The notes under the pieces were generated by a model, which was not told the origin of the DNA, did not search any database, and worked only from the letters and a program-made list of their open reading frames with translations. Below, piece by piece: positions 52,163-64,000 of a stretch of DNA of 64,000 nt (the stretch's first letter is position 1; every line of letters begins with the position of its first letter). The stretch spans positions 15,004,001-15,068,000 of the forward strand of contig CM120640.1 of NCBI GenBank assembly GCA_051362555.1, written 5' to 3'. The DNA comes from Lingula anatina (taxonomy: Eukaryota; Animalia; Brachiopoda). The position numbers were made by a program, and so were the translations under genes.

Positions 52163-55100
52163 GTAAGTTGGTGTCCTCTAGTATTCCTATATCATCGCAG
52201 TCTCCACAGCTGATGACAGAAGGCAGGAGAATGTACTGTAGTGAATTTTGTGGTCATTAACATAAGCAGGTATATGTCAGTTTAGACATTGGGTTACAAT
52301 ACTAATGTGTACCTGTAGTGTGTTTAAAAGCATATGCACACATAATGACATTATATATTGAGACAAGCATTTACACATTAAAAAAAAGGATATTCCTCCC
52401 CTCCCCCCCCCCACCCCGACAAAGCCATGCACAAATATGCTCACTGTTAATTATTTAACAAAAATTGTCATCTTCGCATATACTAGTAAATACCTAGCAG
52501 AACCACCTATATGGTAATCTTCAAGCAAAACTTAGCTACAAGGGCATTTACAACATAGACTTGTATGCCTCTGTCTAAACAAAAACCCCATGTTTATATT
52601 CCCCATATCTAGATCATTACTGACCATAGGGTGGATGGATTTTGCCAGTGGTTGTGTTACTTGTGTATTGTAAATGCTAGCACATTGTTGTAGTGTTGTA
52701 TGCCCAAGTTAACATTCACCCTTGGCATTATACTAGAAAGCTACCGTAGCTTTAGGAATTACTCCAGATATATTGGAAAGTGTTAACAAGAGAAACAACA
52801 GGCATTTCATGCTTTTGCGCTTGGTCAGGGAGACAAATATCTGCCTGCCTTTTGAAGGAGTCCTGACTTTTGATTGTTTCTTTCTTTGTTGATATTTTGC
52901 CTTTGAAAAGGTCTCTGGACTTGGCAGTTTCAGCTGAAAGGTCATCTGACATATTCAGCTCGGCCATGCACACTTGAATAAAGTGGGCACGTGCTTGGTA
53001 ATGGAATTGACCCTAGGCCATCAAAACATGCTTGATTTGTTTGTGAGGAAGAACAAGCAGAATTCCCCTTTCTCTCCATGAGATTAACTTTCAAAGGTTG
53101 TATAAATGTATAAAGGTGAAATGTGTGCATCATTGAAAAGGTTGTTAACCTTACAATATAGAAATAATACAATAGGAATTTACGTTCTACAACAGCATGG
53201 TTCTGCTACGTTGAGGATTATGTTGTATGCAAAAAGTTTTTTTCAGAGTAGGTAGATGGTCATAGAGATGGTAGAGATCTGTTTGAAAAGAAGTCCACCT
53301 TTGATTCATTTGCCTTAATTTGTGTTTGTATTGAGTTTTCTACCTGCGTGGTCCCAAATAAAAATTTGTTTGAGGAATTTTGGGGACTGGCAGTGATACC
53401 TATCTCATGTATGTGAAGGGCAGTGGAATGCATTCATTGCAATCAATTGTGTGCTTTCTGCAGATGGGCTAAAGTAAGGTGGGGCAATAAACAAGCACAT
53501 GCATGATTCATGAAAACAGTCATAAATGCATTCTAAACTTTATTTGAGGACTTACCTAGTTGTCATCTGACTGTGGCTTTCAGTTTTCCTGCTAAGATTA
53601 AATGTTTGCAAAAAAAGTCCAACTCAAATTCTTAAAAATATGGACATGTTTGAAGAAGCTAGATTTTACCATAAAAAAGAAGGAGAGTGAGAACGATTTG
53701 TAAGTTGAAGGGATTAGGTTGATGCCATACACTATCCAAGTGGGGGAAAATTTTAATTCTCTTTAAAAAAATGAAAAGAAACTTTGCAAAACCTCTTCAG
53801 AAAAATCATGAAGTGAAAGTAAGCCATGAAACTTAAACCAGGTATTTGATATTTATCATCTGCGGCAGGTGGTATGCGGTGGCAAGCAGGCGACAATGGC
53901 CCCGCACTCTGCCTCACAAAGTGGCATGTGGAACCACCACATACTTTATCAGCTTTGAAAATAGACGGTAGGAAAAAAAAGCACTAAATTCATATCAAAT
54001 GTTAGGTTAAACGAAGCCACGTGAATTACTTACATATTACAAGAACAGCCTTGTTACATCAAAAGTTTCGAACAAAGACTGCAGGCCCCTGCCTTTGCAC
54101 AAGGGTTGTGTTTGCTTACACAGTTCAGGTAGCAAGGTGAATTGCTCTAGTACTGCCAGGGCCCCAATACTAGTTTACTTGAGCCTTGAATGAATTGGAG
54201 GCATAGCTGTGGCAAAGCCAGCCACAATGAATGAATTATGTGGTGTCATGTCAACACATCCAGCCATTTTGAGTGGAAGTGCACTTTGACAGATTGATTC
54301 CAATTTTGTGTCTCCATGTTTAATAAAACATCAATCAGGCTAGGATCTTTGGCCTCTATGTTGCACTTTATGTAAGGAAAGTTCTCTGTAAAGGACCATT
54401 TATACTATCTATTTCTGATTATATATACAACTGAACAATACACTGTTAACGTATTATATTTTTCAAACATGATCCATGTGCTTTATGTCAACATTTATTA
54501 AAGCTCTGGAATATATGAGGGTAACATTCACTAAATTCAAAAGTATCTATATTTTTTATGCCCAAAAGTATGTCAGTTATACTAAAAATTGTTTATTCAT
54601 AAGATTTGAGAAGTAAGTGGGATTCATCTGAAAAATGATAGTGAAGAGAAAGTGTATTGAAAAAAATTATGATTGCCATACCATGGTATTGCTTTTTTAT
54701 TTTTTTTTTCCTAAATGAGAATCTTGAAGTGTGCAATCGACTTTTTTTACAATAACAGCTATACTAGTGTATAAACCGTACCTGGAAAAAGCTTGTTTCA
54801 TATTTTGTCACAAGTTTAAGTTAATTACACAGAAAATATAATTTTATGTCACCATTCATAAACTAAGAGGAATTTATACCTTTTCCCTGTTAGAAACTGG
54901 ATGTGTCCAAGGTTCCCAGGAAACCCACCTGATCAACCATAAGATCCGTGCCTGTACAGGATCATGGACAGGACATATTCATAACAGTAGTCACCTGTGT
55001 GCAGACGGTTGGCGTGTGTGTGGCTGGTACGATGAGGACATGCTGCGGACCATCAGTTGGAAGGAGGCCATGTCTATCAAGGGTTGCTACGCTTTCAATG

Positions 55101-57102
55101 CTGCCCAAGATGGTGGCCAGTGCTCGGAGTGCAAAGATGATCTAGAACAGGTGAGAAATACTTCTGGACATCTTCTGGACTTTTTTCAGTGTATGCAAGA
55201 TCCATATATTTTCCATGCAATGGCTGTTTTCTTTTGGATATTTTCACTGTACAAATTCAAACTCCATATATTTTCTATAATGATATTTCTTCAAGTCGTC
55301 AAGAAAATTTTTGATACATGTATATATTCTATTGCTTTCCATTGATTAAGGTAGGGCAGATTCATGGGAGAGATGTAAATATTTATATTTTTTAGATGTT
55401 CATATTTGTTTAAATGTGTATTGCAGGATGACTTGGCAGGTATAGGGCGGGGTTGCCCTCATCAGGACCAGGGGCAGAAATCTTGTATAAATGGAGGCAA
55501 GATTGATGCTAGTTGTTGTGTTGACACATATCACAAACGAGCTTGTACTTACCAGTCTGGTTTGACCACAGGGATATTGTGTTGTAAAATGCCTGGTAGG
55601 TGGATTTTTTTTTCTAATTTTGTGAGATGCTTATTTTGTTATAAATTTTAGTCAAGGCAACTCCTTTAGTAAGTTATGTATAATTTAAAATATTTCATTT
55701 TTACATCGCGATTTTTGTGAAAATATGAATATCAGTTCAGAAATTATTTAAGCACTAAAAGAGTCTATTAAGTTACATGATAAGCTCTTCTTCTGTTTCA
55801 ACTGATTTGTAATGACTTTAAGTAAACCTAATCTACCACAAAGGTCGTTCCAACTGCACCAAAATAGATAAAATGAATATATATATATATATCATTCTCA
55901 TCCTTATTATTTTAGGTGTGAGCCCCAGAATCCTGGTGCCTCCCCAGAAGAACATCACACTGCTCCAGGACCTGATAGTGGTGTTGACCTGTCAGGCTGC
56001 AGGAGTGCCCCACCCTACTATTACCTGGTTTAAGAATGGAAGGGTTGTCCAGGGATCAAAGGGGAAAGACCACTCCTTAACCATTCTGCAATCAGGTGAA
56101 ATATTTCAGTCGCAATTATTGGTTTGATTTCCTGTCTTTCTGACTCCGTGAATGGTTTTAAACTTACTACAATTTCTGTAATAGACCATATGCAAACAGC
56201 ATTTTGTATAAACAGATCTTCCCCTTTATATTTTTGGCAGTGTCAGGGGTACTCGTCTTGTAAACCACGATGGATTGAAAATTGGAAATGCCATTTTGCT
56301 GCAAATTGCCTTGAGTGACCTTTGATTTTACCACGTATGCTCTTCAAAATATTCACAAAACTTTTTTAAGTGAAAATCTCTCAAATGTTTCCATATATTT
56401 ACTCATTGAAGTACTTGTACTTTACTTCTAGGTGATCTTGTTCTTCCTCTGGCCAAACCCTCAGACTCTGGGGTGTACACTTGTGTGGCTAAGAACGCAG
56501 AAGGTAGCACCAGTGCTCAAAGTGTTCTTACTGTAAATGGTAAGATATGACTCCTGTATGAAACAATTTTTGCATGTCACTGCTTGCATGTGCCAGAATT
56601 TTATGTAAAATGTTTCATAAGAAGGGACAGGAACAGTAGTGTTCACTGCTGTTTAAAATGATAAATGGATACAAAGCAGTTTGTGGTACAATCACTGAAA
56701 CCTGTGGTAAATGAGTCTGTTCTTTTCTCTCAAACAGAATATGACTCTGGATGTGGAGATGGCACATCCGATGCTCTTCTTCGATTCACTGATATCCATG
56801 GTTGCACAGGGTCATGGAAAGGTCACGTGAAGACGGCTGATTACCTGTGCGCCCCAGGGTGGGGTGTGTGTGACAATACAGACACAGATCTGCTCAAATG
56901 GGTGACATCTGCTGATCTGGACAAGATGAATGGGTGCTATGCTTACAATATGGCAGGATACGGGAAGAAGTGCAGGAGGTAGGCTGAACTTGTTATAAAT
57001 CCATGATGATTATTTCACACATTTGATGATTTTCAGACTAAGAACTATGAAATAAGATGTTATTTCTTTAAAGGTCCAAAATTGGCATTACTTTGGATTT
57101 CT

Positions 57103-57142
<40 letters not shown>

Positions 57143-59307
57143 TAAATCTATGAGTGTTCAACTGTTAATTTTTCCACACCCCTATATTTTAGATGTGGTA
57201 GGAAGCGTATGGCAGGCATGGGAAACAGCTGCAGTAGAAGTAGCAGCTTAGACTCTGTAAATAGCTGTAATCTTAGACACAGAATCGAGGTGTATGGGCG
57301 TGGAAGCGACCCCGGCTGTGTGTACACTGAGGGCATTACAACAGGAGTCATGTGCTGTAGGAAAAGAGGCAGGAGAAAATGTGAGTTTCTTATTATTTCT
57401 TTAATTGTTGATAGCTTCTGCAAATGTTGAAAAATGCATTTGTAGTAAGAGTGCATTTATCTTAGTGTCTGATATAAAGTTAAAGGCAAACAGTGAGCTT
57501 TAGATTTTTATGTAGCAAAAGAGTTTTTTTTTTTTTTTTTTTTTTCAGAAATTTCAACACTTTTTATTTAGTAGCAAATTTCTATTGTATCTAATACAGC
57601 TCACAGAATTAGGATATTAGGAATTGAAAACTTTGATATATGTTCATATATCTCAATTTTCTCAAAGGTTTAACTTACATATGGATGAAGGGAAAAATTA
57701 CTGTAATTTTCCGATTTTTTACGAAAACAGAGGTCCTTAGTCTAACACACATTGTTCAAAGAAATAATGGCCAAACCCCAGACACTCTTTTACATTTATC
57801 GAAAAAAAAAAAAGAAGGGAAATGTGGTATTTATTGTATTATTTTAAATTTTAGTTGATGTCTTTAATCCCCCACCCTTTGGTTCAGAGCTCAGCTCATT
57901 ATCACAGACGGAGTCTGATAATAAACAGCTACCAAGTGTGCCACAAAGTATAAACCAGGGCTCTATCAATAACAATGGTAAGAGTATATTACTATTACTG
58001 GTTCAAGCACATTTTACTGAAAGCTAACATTAAAGATACACATTTTAAAAATTTGTCATAAATTAGTGAGGAAACATAGGAGGCTGGCAGTAATTAAAAT
58101 GTTTCTTATTCATGATGGTAATATGAGTGCATTTCTGGTATTAGGTATATTTCTTAGAACATGGAAATATGCCTTCAAATGTGTGTGTGGGCGCCTTGAG
58201 TTGCCCCTGAAAGTTTTATGACTCCTATTTAATTTCAACCTTTTCAATTTTCAGATCAGTTTTTGAAGTCAAGTATTATGTATTTTGGTGGTGAGTTATT
58301 TTGAGTATTCACTGTATAATGATAAATACACTGTGCGTTAGAATTTTTGCTTTTAATTTATGTCATGTGATCAAGTCCTGTTGAAGAAGGATTGGCATAT
58401 CATTCTTTAGAAACAGTTTTACCTTTTCATCATCATTATGCAAGAAACAAAAAAAAACTGTATGCACCAGGTTAATAAAAAATTTTGAATGGACTTATTT
58501 CTGTACCATTTCCAGAGGACTGCAGTACATATTGTGGAGAGAATGGCTACTGTATTTTGCCAGGCATCTGTGGTTGTAACCGTGGTTACCATGGACCAAG
58601 ATGTCAGCACAGACGTCAACCCAGACATCGCTGTCACACTCTGCACTGCTTTAATGGCGGCCGGTGCCGGAGGGGGAAGTGTAAATGCCCTGCAGGGTAC
58701 TGGGGGAAAAGGTGCCATAAATGTAAGATTTATTTATTTTGTGCATTATATGGAGAAACATTTAAGGCTCACAATGAGCAAGAATTTTAAATCTTGGAAA
58801 TTTCAACATTTCCTTAATTACCAGGTCATACTATATCCAAAACTGGTTACAGATTAAAGATCCATAAACGGTTCTGACTTCTGATTTTTTGGTTTTTGAA
58901 GTGAAGCTGGAGGCTGTTGAATTTCCCTTGTGTTTGTGAAAAAAAAGAAGTCTAGGACTCTAAAATGGATTTACAGATTCTACATAAAGATTTTATGTAC
59001 ATTGATGCCTTTGTACAAAAGTTTGAAAGAAAAAATTAAGCTTGCTATAACTATTCCTATTAATGTGTATGTCTCACTGAGATTTATTTATCTTGCTGGT
59101 GGTACAGAACAAGGAGGCAATCATCACTTCTCTTTACCTTTAGTAATAAAATGACATTGATGATTCTTTATAATATCTCATTTTTTACCTTTTACAGTGG
59201 CCATCTTTGGAGACCGGAAGAAACACGAAAGAAGAAAGAATAAAAGAAAAACAAAATCAAGAACAAAATGTGTGAAGCACCTTTTCAGGCATTTTAAATT
59301 GAAATGA
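52060..59307 (+). CDS. Uncharacterised secreted multidomain protein (~573 aa): signal peptide, Cys-rich module, I-set Ig, Cys-rich module, linker, 2 EGF, basic tail; exons 52060-52162, 54894-55150, 55427-55595, 55916-56095, 56432-56539, 56738-56978, 57193-57380, 57855-57977, 58255-58290, 58516-58722, 59198-59307
   Basis: 1722 nt = 574 codons with no internal stop after GT-AG splicing; in-frame stop at 52048 upstream of the ATG; Ig motifs LTCQAAGVPHPTITWFKNG...DSGVYTCVAKNAEG; two 6-Cys EGF repeats. Confidence 0.9.
54894..55150 (+). CDS. Secreted protein exon 2 (Cys-rich module 1, N-half)
   Basis: TGCVQG...ACTGSWTGHI...LCADGWRVC...GCYAFNAA. Confidence 0.9.
55427..55595 (+). CDS. Secreted protein exon 3 (Cys-rich module 1, C-half)
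   Basis: DDLAGIGRGC...GLTTGILCC. Confidence 0.9.
55916..56095 (+). CDS. Secreted protein exon 4 (Ig N-half)
   Basis: PRILVPPQ...LTCQAAGVPHPTITWFKNG. Confidence 0.92.
56432..56539 (+). CDS. Secreted protein exon 5 (Ig C-half)
   Basis: DSGVYTCVAKNAEGSTSAQSVLTV. Confidence 0.92.
56738..56978 (+). CDS. Secreted protein exon 6 (Cys-rich module 2, N-half)
   Basis: SGCGDG...GCTGSWKGHV...LCAPGWGVC...GCYAYNMA. Confidence 0.9.
57193..57380 (+). CDS. Secreted protein exon 7 (Cys-rich module 2, C-half)
   Basis: MAGMGNSC...GITTGVMCCRKRGRRK. Confidence 0.9.
57855..57977 (+). CDS. Secreted protein exon 8 (linker)
   Basis: TTTTAG|...G|GTAAG, open, phase 1-1. Confidence 0.75.
58255..58290 (+). CDS. Secreted protein exon 9 (36-nt symmetric micro-exon)
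   Basis: TTTTCAG|...G|GTGAGT; encodes DQFLKSSIMYFG. Confidence 0.65.
58516..58722 (+). CDS. Secreted protein exon 10 (two EGF-like repeats)
   Basis: CSTYCGENGYCILPGICGCNRGYHGPRC and CHTLHCFNGGRCRRGKCKCPAGYWGKRC. Confidence 0.92.
59198..59307 (+). CDS. Secreted protein exon 11 (polybasic tail)
   Basis: TTTACAG| acceptor; LAIFGDRKKHERRKNKRKTKSRTKCVKHLFRHFKLK*. Confidence 0.78.
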
Positions 59308-61892
59308 ATGCAGGGTATTTCAGTTTTATCACATTGTGCAATAATGTAATGCAAATTACTCACAAAATCAATACAATTTAATTTATAAAAGGAATGCAAT
59401 TTAAGTTGCAGATTCAGCATGAAAACTATAAGGGACTGCCATTAATTGTACATAGATGGGTTCAATCAAGCAGACCAAGTACTGCTTCATGCATCAATGT
59501 CTGTTAAGAGGAAGCAATTAAGTAACTTGTTTATAATCCATATTTACATACCTAGAATCTGTGCAATTATAGAACAGCTAAGACAGTATTTGGTAACATT
59601 GAAATCTCTTCAGGAAAAGCTAGCATATCCACAGTAATAGCCTAGTGCAGGAATACGACAGGTGTTGATAATAAAACATGCACAAAGTTTATCATAAAGC
59701 CTAGTTTTGAGGGAATATTATAACATTTTTACACAGAGATATGTATTAGAGATCTTTAACAAGAGGTACTTATAAAATCAGCTGTCATGTGTTCATTTTG
59801 TATATATGTGTATATACTTTTTAGTGCAAAGTACTTCAGCTAGTTTTTATAATGGGGGGCAGCAGTTGCCAGTCTCTTGCCAAAATATGGGCTTCATTAG
59901 TTTCTTTTACTTTGTGTATCAGAATAGCAAGATCTGAAAGCTTTCATTTAAAATGACCAAATGCCACATGCTACTTCAGTTGTAACACATAACAATTAGG
60001 AAAAAATCACTTAAAGAATATACAAGGTTTAATACATGGGTGCTAACCAAATAATTGTATGCTGATAATATTACATGCCTGTCTGTTGAACATTTCCATA
60101 TTTATTTGTTTGAGTTTGCAACAACATGTTCCTTTCATACAAATTTTGTTTTAAAAAATTACCCTTTTGTTCTGTAAGTGTCAATTGCAATATTTATAGG
60201 AGTTCAAAAAATGGAAGATAGCTTATTTGTTTTTATGCAGTATTCCTGCTTCAGTCTTGGATATATAAAATCTTTTTCCCTAGAGGAAACCCATTGTATG
60301 TAAATATATATGTATATTTTGTATAGAACTCTGAGATTATTTTTGAAACCGTGTATATATATGTATGTCTTTGTCAGTATTATATGTACCTGTATCCATG
60401 ACATGTAAACTACAGCAAACGTTAGTCATAAGAATCACCCTAATACACAGTATTTTATCACAATGATTATTAATTGTGTTTATTAATTTAATAAAAATGA
60501 TTTTGATTAACATTTGGAAGTTTTCTTTTGTTCTCCAGCTTTTAAGAGTAGTTAATCGTAATGAGTTACTTGTTGAGTAGTTTTGATGAAAAGGCAGGCA
60601 ATAAGTACATTTTGATGAAAGGCAATGAACACAGGCTTCCTTAGATTGATACCATAATACTGAATATAGAAAATACAGAATCATTGTTACAACACCCCAT
60701 GAAGAAAAGATGGAATTGACAAATCCTTTTTTGCCAAGAAGTGGAATATGGTGTAGTAAATGTGTTAAAATACAGTCGGTGCATCTGATGGATGGAACAA
60801 CGTCTGTCACTTTTATCCTCCGCCTCAAAAATATGTTAAATCTCTTTGTATGAAGTTCTTATCATTAGCAGATTTTTTTGAAAAAAATAAAAGTAAGTGT
60901 TATCCAACAGATTAAAGAAACTCGTATTTAAGTTAACAAATAGTCTCATTGGTGGAAAAATCCCACACCCAACATAAAATTGCGATAAAAGAATCGACCA
61001 CAACAGCCTGTCACAGTTGGTGCAGTTGAAATATCCACGCTAACTGCCAATTGTGCAATTGTGTTAGGTGAAATAACCTTAATTCTAGTTAACATCGCAA
61101 CACACATTCTTATTTCCTCTAGCACAATTAAGCTCTGTGTTTTACCTGGTTGATTACCCGAACAATACTGTTAAACAGCAGAAGTAACAGCTACTCGCCG
61201 GGTACAAGCGGTTTGTCCAGTACCTAACACCAGTAAATCCGATATATACACTGATCTCGTGAGTGTTAGAGTGTCTTAAGCGGGAAAACACTATGTAACA
61301 TGCTGAGGAGATTGCCACACGGTGAAGGGCTTATGATTACAGAAAGTGCGGGGGTGGGGTTTCATTCGTTCATTCCGTTATTGAATCCATAGGCATTTCT
61401 TTTTTTAATTTGCTGTTGGTTTTCTTTGCCGTTACTGTTCTCCTTGTATTCCTTTTGTTTTTATTTTCGTACTATTTATCTTAATATTTTCAACATTGCT
61501 ATACATTAATTTAAAAAGAAATAATAATTATAACAAAAGTTGGCGTTTATTGGCCATAGTTTACTTAGCTTGGGTGGTCACCAAAATGCCAGCGTATTTC
61601 CCGATACCAGTGTCAGTGTCATAACTGTCAATTTCCACTGACCAGCCCAACGGCTATCTCTTTATTACACAACTTTATTTACTGATGCCAGCTCTGAGTG
61701 GGATCGCTTGTATAACTGGGCACTGATATATACTGTATATCATAACTCTAATCCTCCTAAATGAAGGATAGCATGTATGATATAATATGCATAGGCATGG
61801 CGTCTGGATTAACGGGTGCCACGGAAAACACGAGTAATTTGGCTGGTAAGCTAAAGAGAAGGAGCCAAGGGGTCTGGAAAAGGCTGCCAACC

Positions 61893-62025
<133 letters not shown>

Positions 62026-64000
62026 TTTTGCCAATCACATCAGTCATAAAGGCAGGAAACGGAAGGACTAAGGGAAACTCTTCCCCCCCCCCTCCCCCAC
62101 TACCCCACTTAAATTATGCTTCCAGCACGCCTGGGAAGAGAGAAAAAATAACACGATCCTTTTCGAGAAATAAACTTCTCACGTGGAACTAGGAATCCAA
62201 GGTTTTATCGTTTTATATAAACCTTCATTACTTAATCATTACCTGAATGGAGTTCAACTGAGTCAAATAGCTCTCACTTGTTTCTCATAAACGTTAACTC
62301 TTGAAATAACAGCCTTGCCGTACAAGGGTAGAGAGAATTCGAAAACAATAAGGTGGTTATTAATCCCAATTTTTTAGTTTTAAAAAAGTATATTTATTTG
62401 CAAAATTAAAACTGTACATAAATGATATAAAATATAACATATTAACCTGCCTTACAACTCATGACTGAAGAAACAACATAAAACCGTTAGTGAACAACCC
62501 AATATTTTCATCTAATCTGAATTAATTTTGTTAACATCAGAGAGAGTTACGAGGCTCTCAATAAAATTACTTCTCGATTTCTTCCACACTATAGTATTCA
62601 GCAACTTGGGAACGCTATTTTGTTTGTGGGAACATCACTTGTGCTTTGCTTCATCCGTTCACTTTGAAAGAATACCCGGCAAGCATTGAGTGGTTAAACC
62701 AACAAAACCGATGTCTTGGTGGTCCCAAGTTTATATAAGATTGTACGACATAATCGTAATTCAACAGAGCAAACGTCTACAGCAAAAGTTTAACAAAAAA
62801 AGTCTACAAAGTGAGTCAGTTTTCAGCGGAAATGCAACTTAAAACTTTAAAGATTACAAATAAAAATTTAACAAGGGCATGTGTGGCTACAGTTACTCAA
62901 TGGAACCGCACTTAAGATAAAGTGAAACGTAATAAGCCTTTTCAAAGATAATATTTACCTTTGAAACAGATGATATCGCGTTCTTTTCACAGGGAAGAAA
63001 AAGACATCACCGTAATCAACCGATGAACAAAGTGAATCTGACGTTCAGCCAGCGGCAGAATTTGATACTTCAAAGTTAAACTCACGCCCGACTTTTTGTA
63101 CATTTTTTGTATGCCGTGTAATTTGGAAGGCAAAGTTACGCAAAAGTTTCATCAGAACACCCACTTCTTGTCAGAATGCAATTATTTTTACAGAAAAGTG
63201 GAGGCCGTATAACTGCTGATAAACCGACAAAAATACTACCAATGGACTGATCTAAAGAATCAAAAACGCACCCTCTTGCCGTGTTTATGTCCCTCTTTGT
63301 AAGGACAACGTTATAAAAGCAAACACAGTGAAAAAAAAACAATGGTAAAACACAGCGACACCAGAAGCTCCTAGTTGTTCACTACCAGTAGGCAGAAGTT
63401 GTAAACATACATATATTGGCAGCGCTAGAGTATTTAATACAACTGTGTGTTAATTTCAGTATTATATGTGTGTGAGTTTATATGCACAGTTATGACTATA
63501 TTCCACCTCTTAAACTGACTCTTAGAGTGTGTAACATTATATAATGCGGTGCATTATACAGCAACCTCCGCCCACATATCTAAAAATCAGAAAGATCTAC
63601 GATTTTAATAATAATAATTATTATTATAATAATAACCAGGTAATATTATATACATCCTGCCTATAGATATAACTGATGAACATAAAACAACTTGTATTTA
63701 TATCTGCTACAGTGACGCAACACAAACAGATAATGCAACGAATAATGGCGTATTTACAAATGAACTGTACAAATAAATACATATCATATCACAATAAGCA
63801 ATACCTCTCAAATATTGCAATCATTCTCATAGTGAGGTCCACTTGGTTCCTATGACTTAGTTACGACGAATATGACGAACAGCGAACTCAACTAAAACTA
63901 GTCTATTCATATAGATAAAGGTATATGCTAAAATTATATCTAGACGCACGCTGACTTGGGTAGGCCTTGGGTTATATCTCATATGGCAGCGTGGCGGGGT

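Noticed and set aside
9341-57545. Many long poly(A)/poly(T) tracts (e.g. 9341, 9685, 19516, 25425, 35686, 57105)
   Set aside because: No shared upstream SINE body is visible; treated as background homopolymers whose lengths may be assembly-dependent.

Overview
AT-rich, intron-containing animal DNA; there are no prokaryotic features. An invertebrate, probably a lophotrochozoan such as a mollusc, is inferred from the tincar-like gene and the mosaic CpG pattern. I spliced five genes by hand, with GT-AG sites and reading phases all consistent. (1) The 5' part of a secreted heme peroxidase (minus strand, runs off the left edge); it has an unusual acidic insert flanked by basic residues, and an intact-frame Rex/Babar LINE fragment lies in intron 2. 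(2) A tincar-like multi-pass membrane protein (+). (3) FAM204A (-, 8 coding exons). (4) An ankyrin/SOCS-box gene (+) that fills one FAM204A intron in antisense. (5) An uncharacterised secreted protein of about 573 aa (+, 11 coding exons): signal peptide, novel Cys-rich module, Ig domain, second Cys-rich module, linker, two EGF repeats, basic tail. Gene 5 is the best candidate for something undescribed. The window also holds several MITEs, microsatellites, CpG-rich promoter regions with YY1 motifs and a pair of CTCF-like sites. Family calls come from remembered motifs, not database searches.
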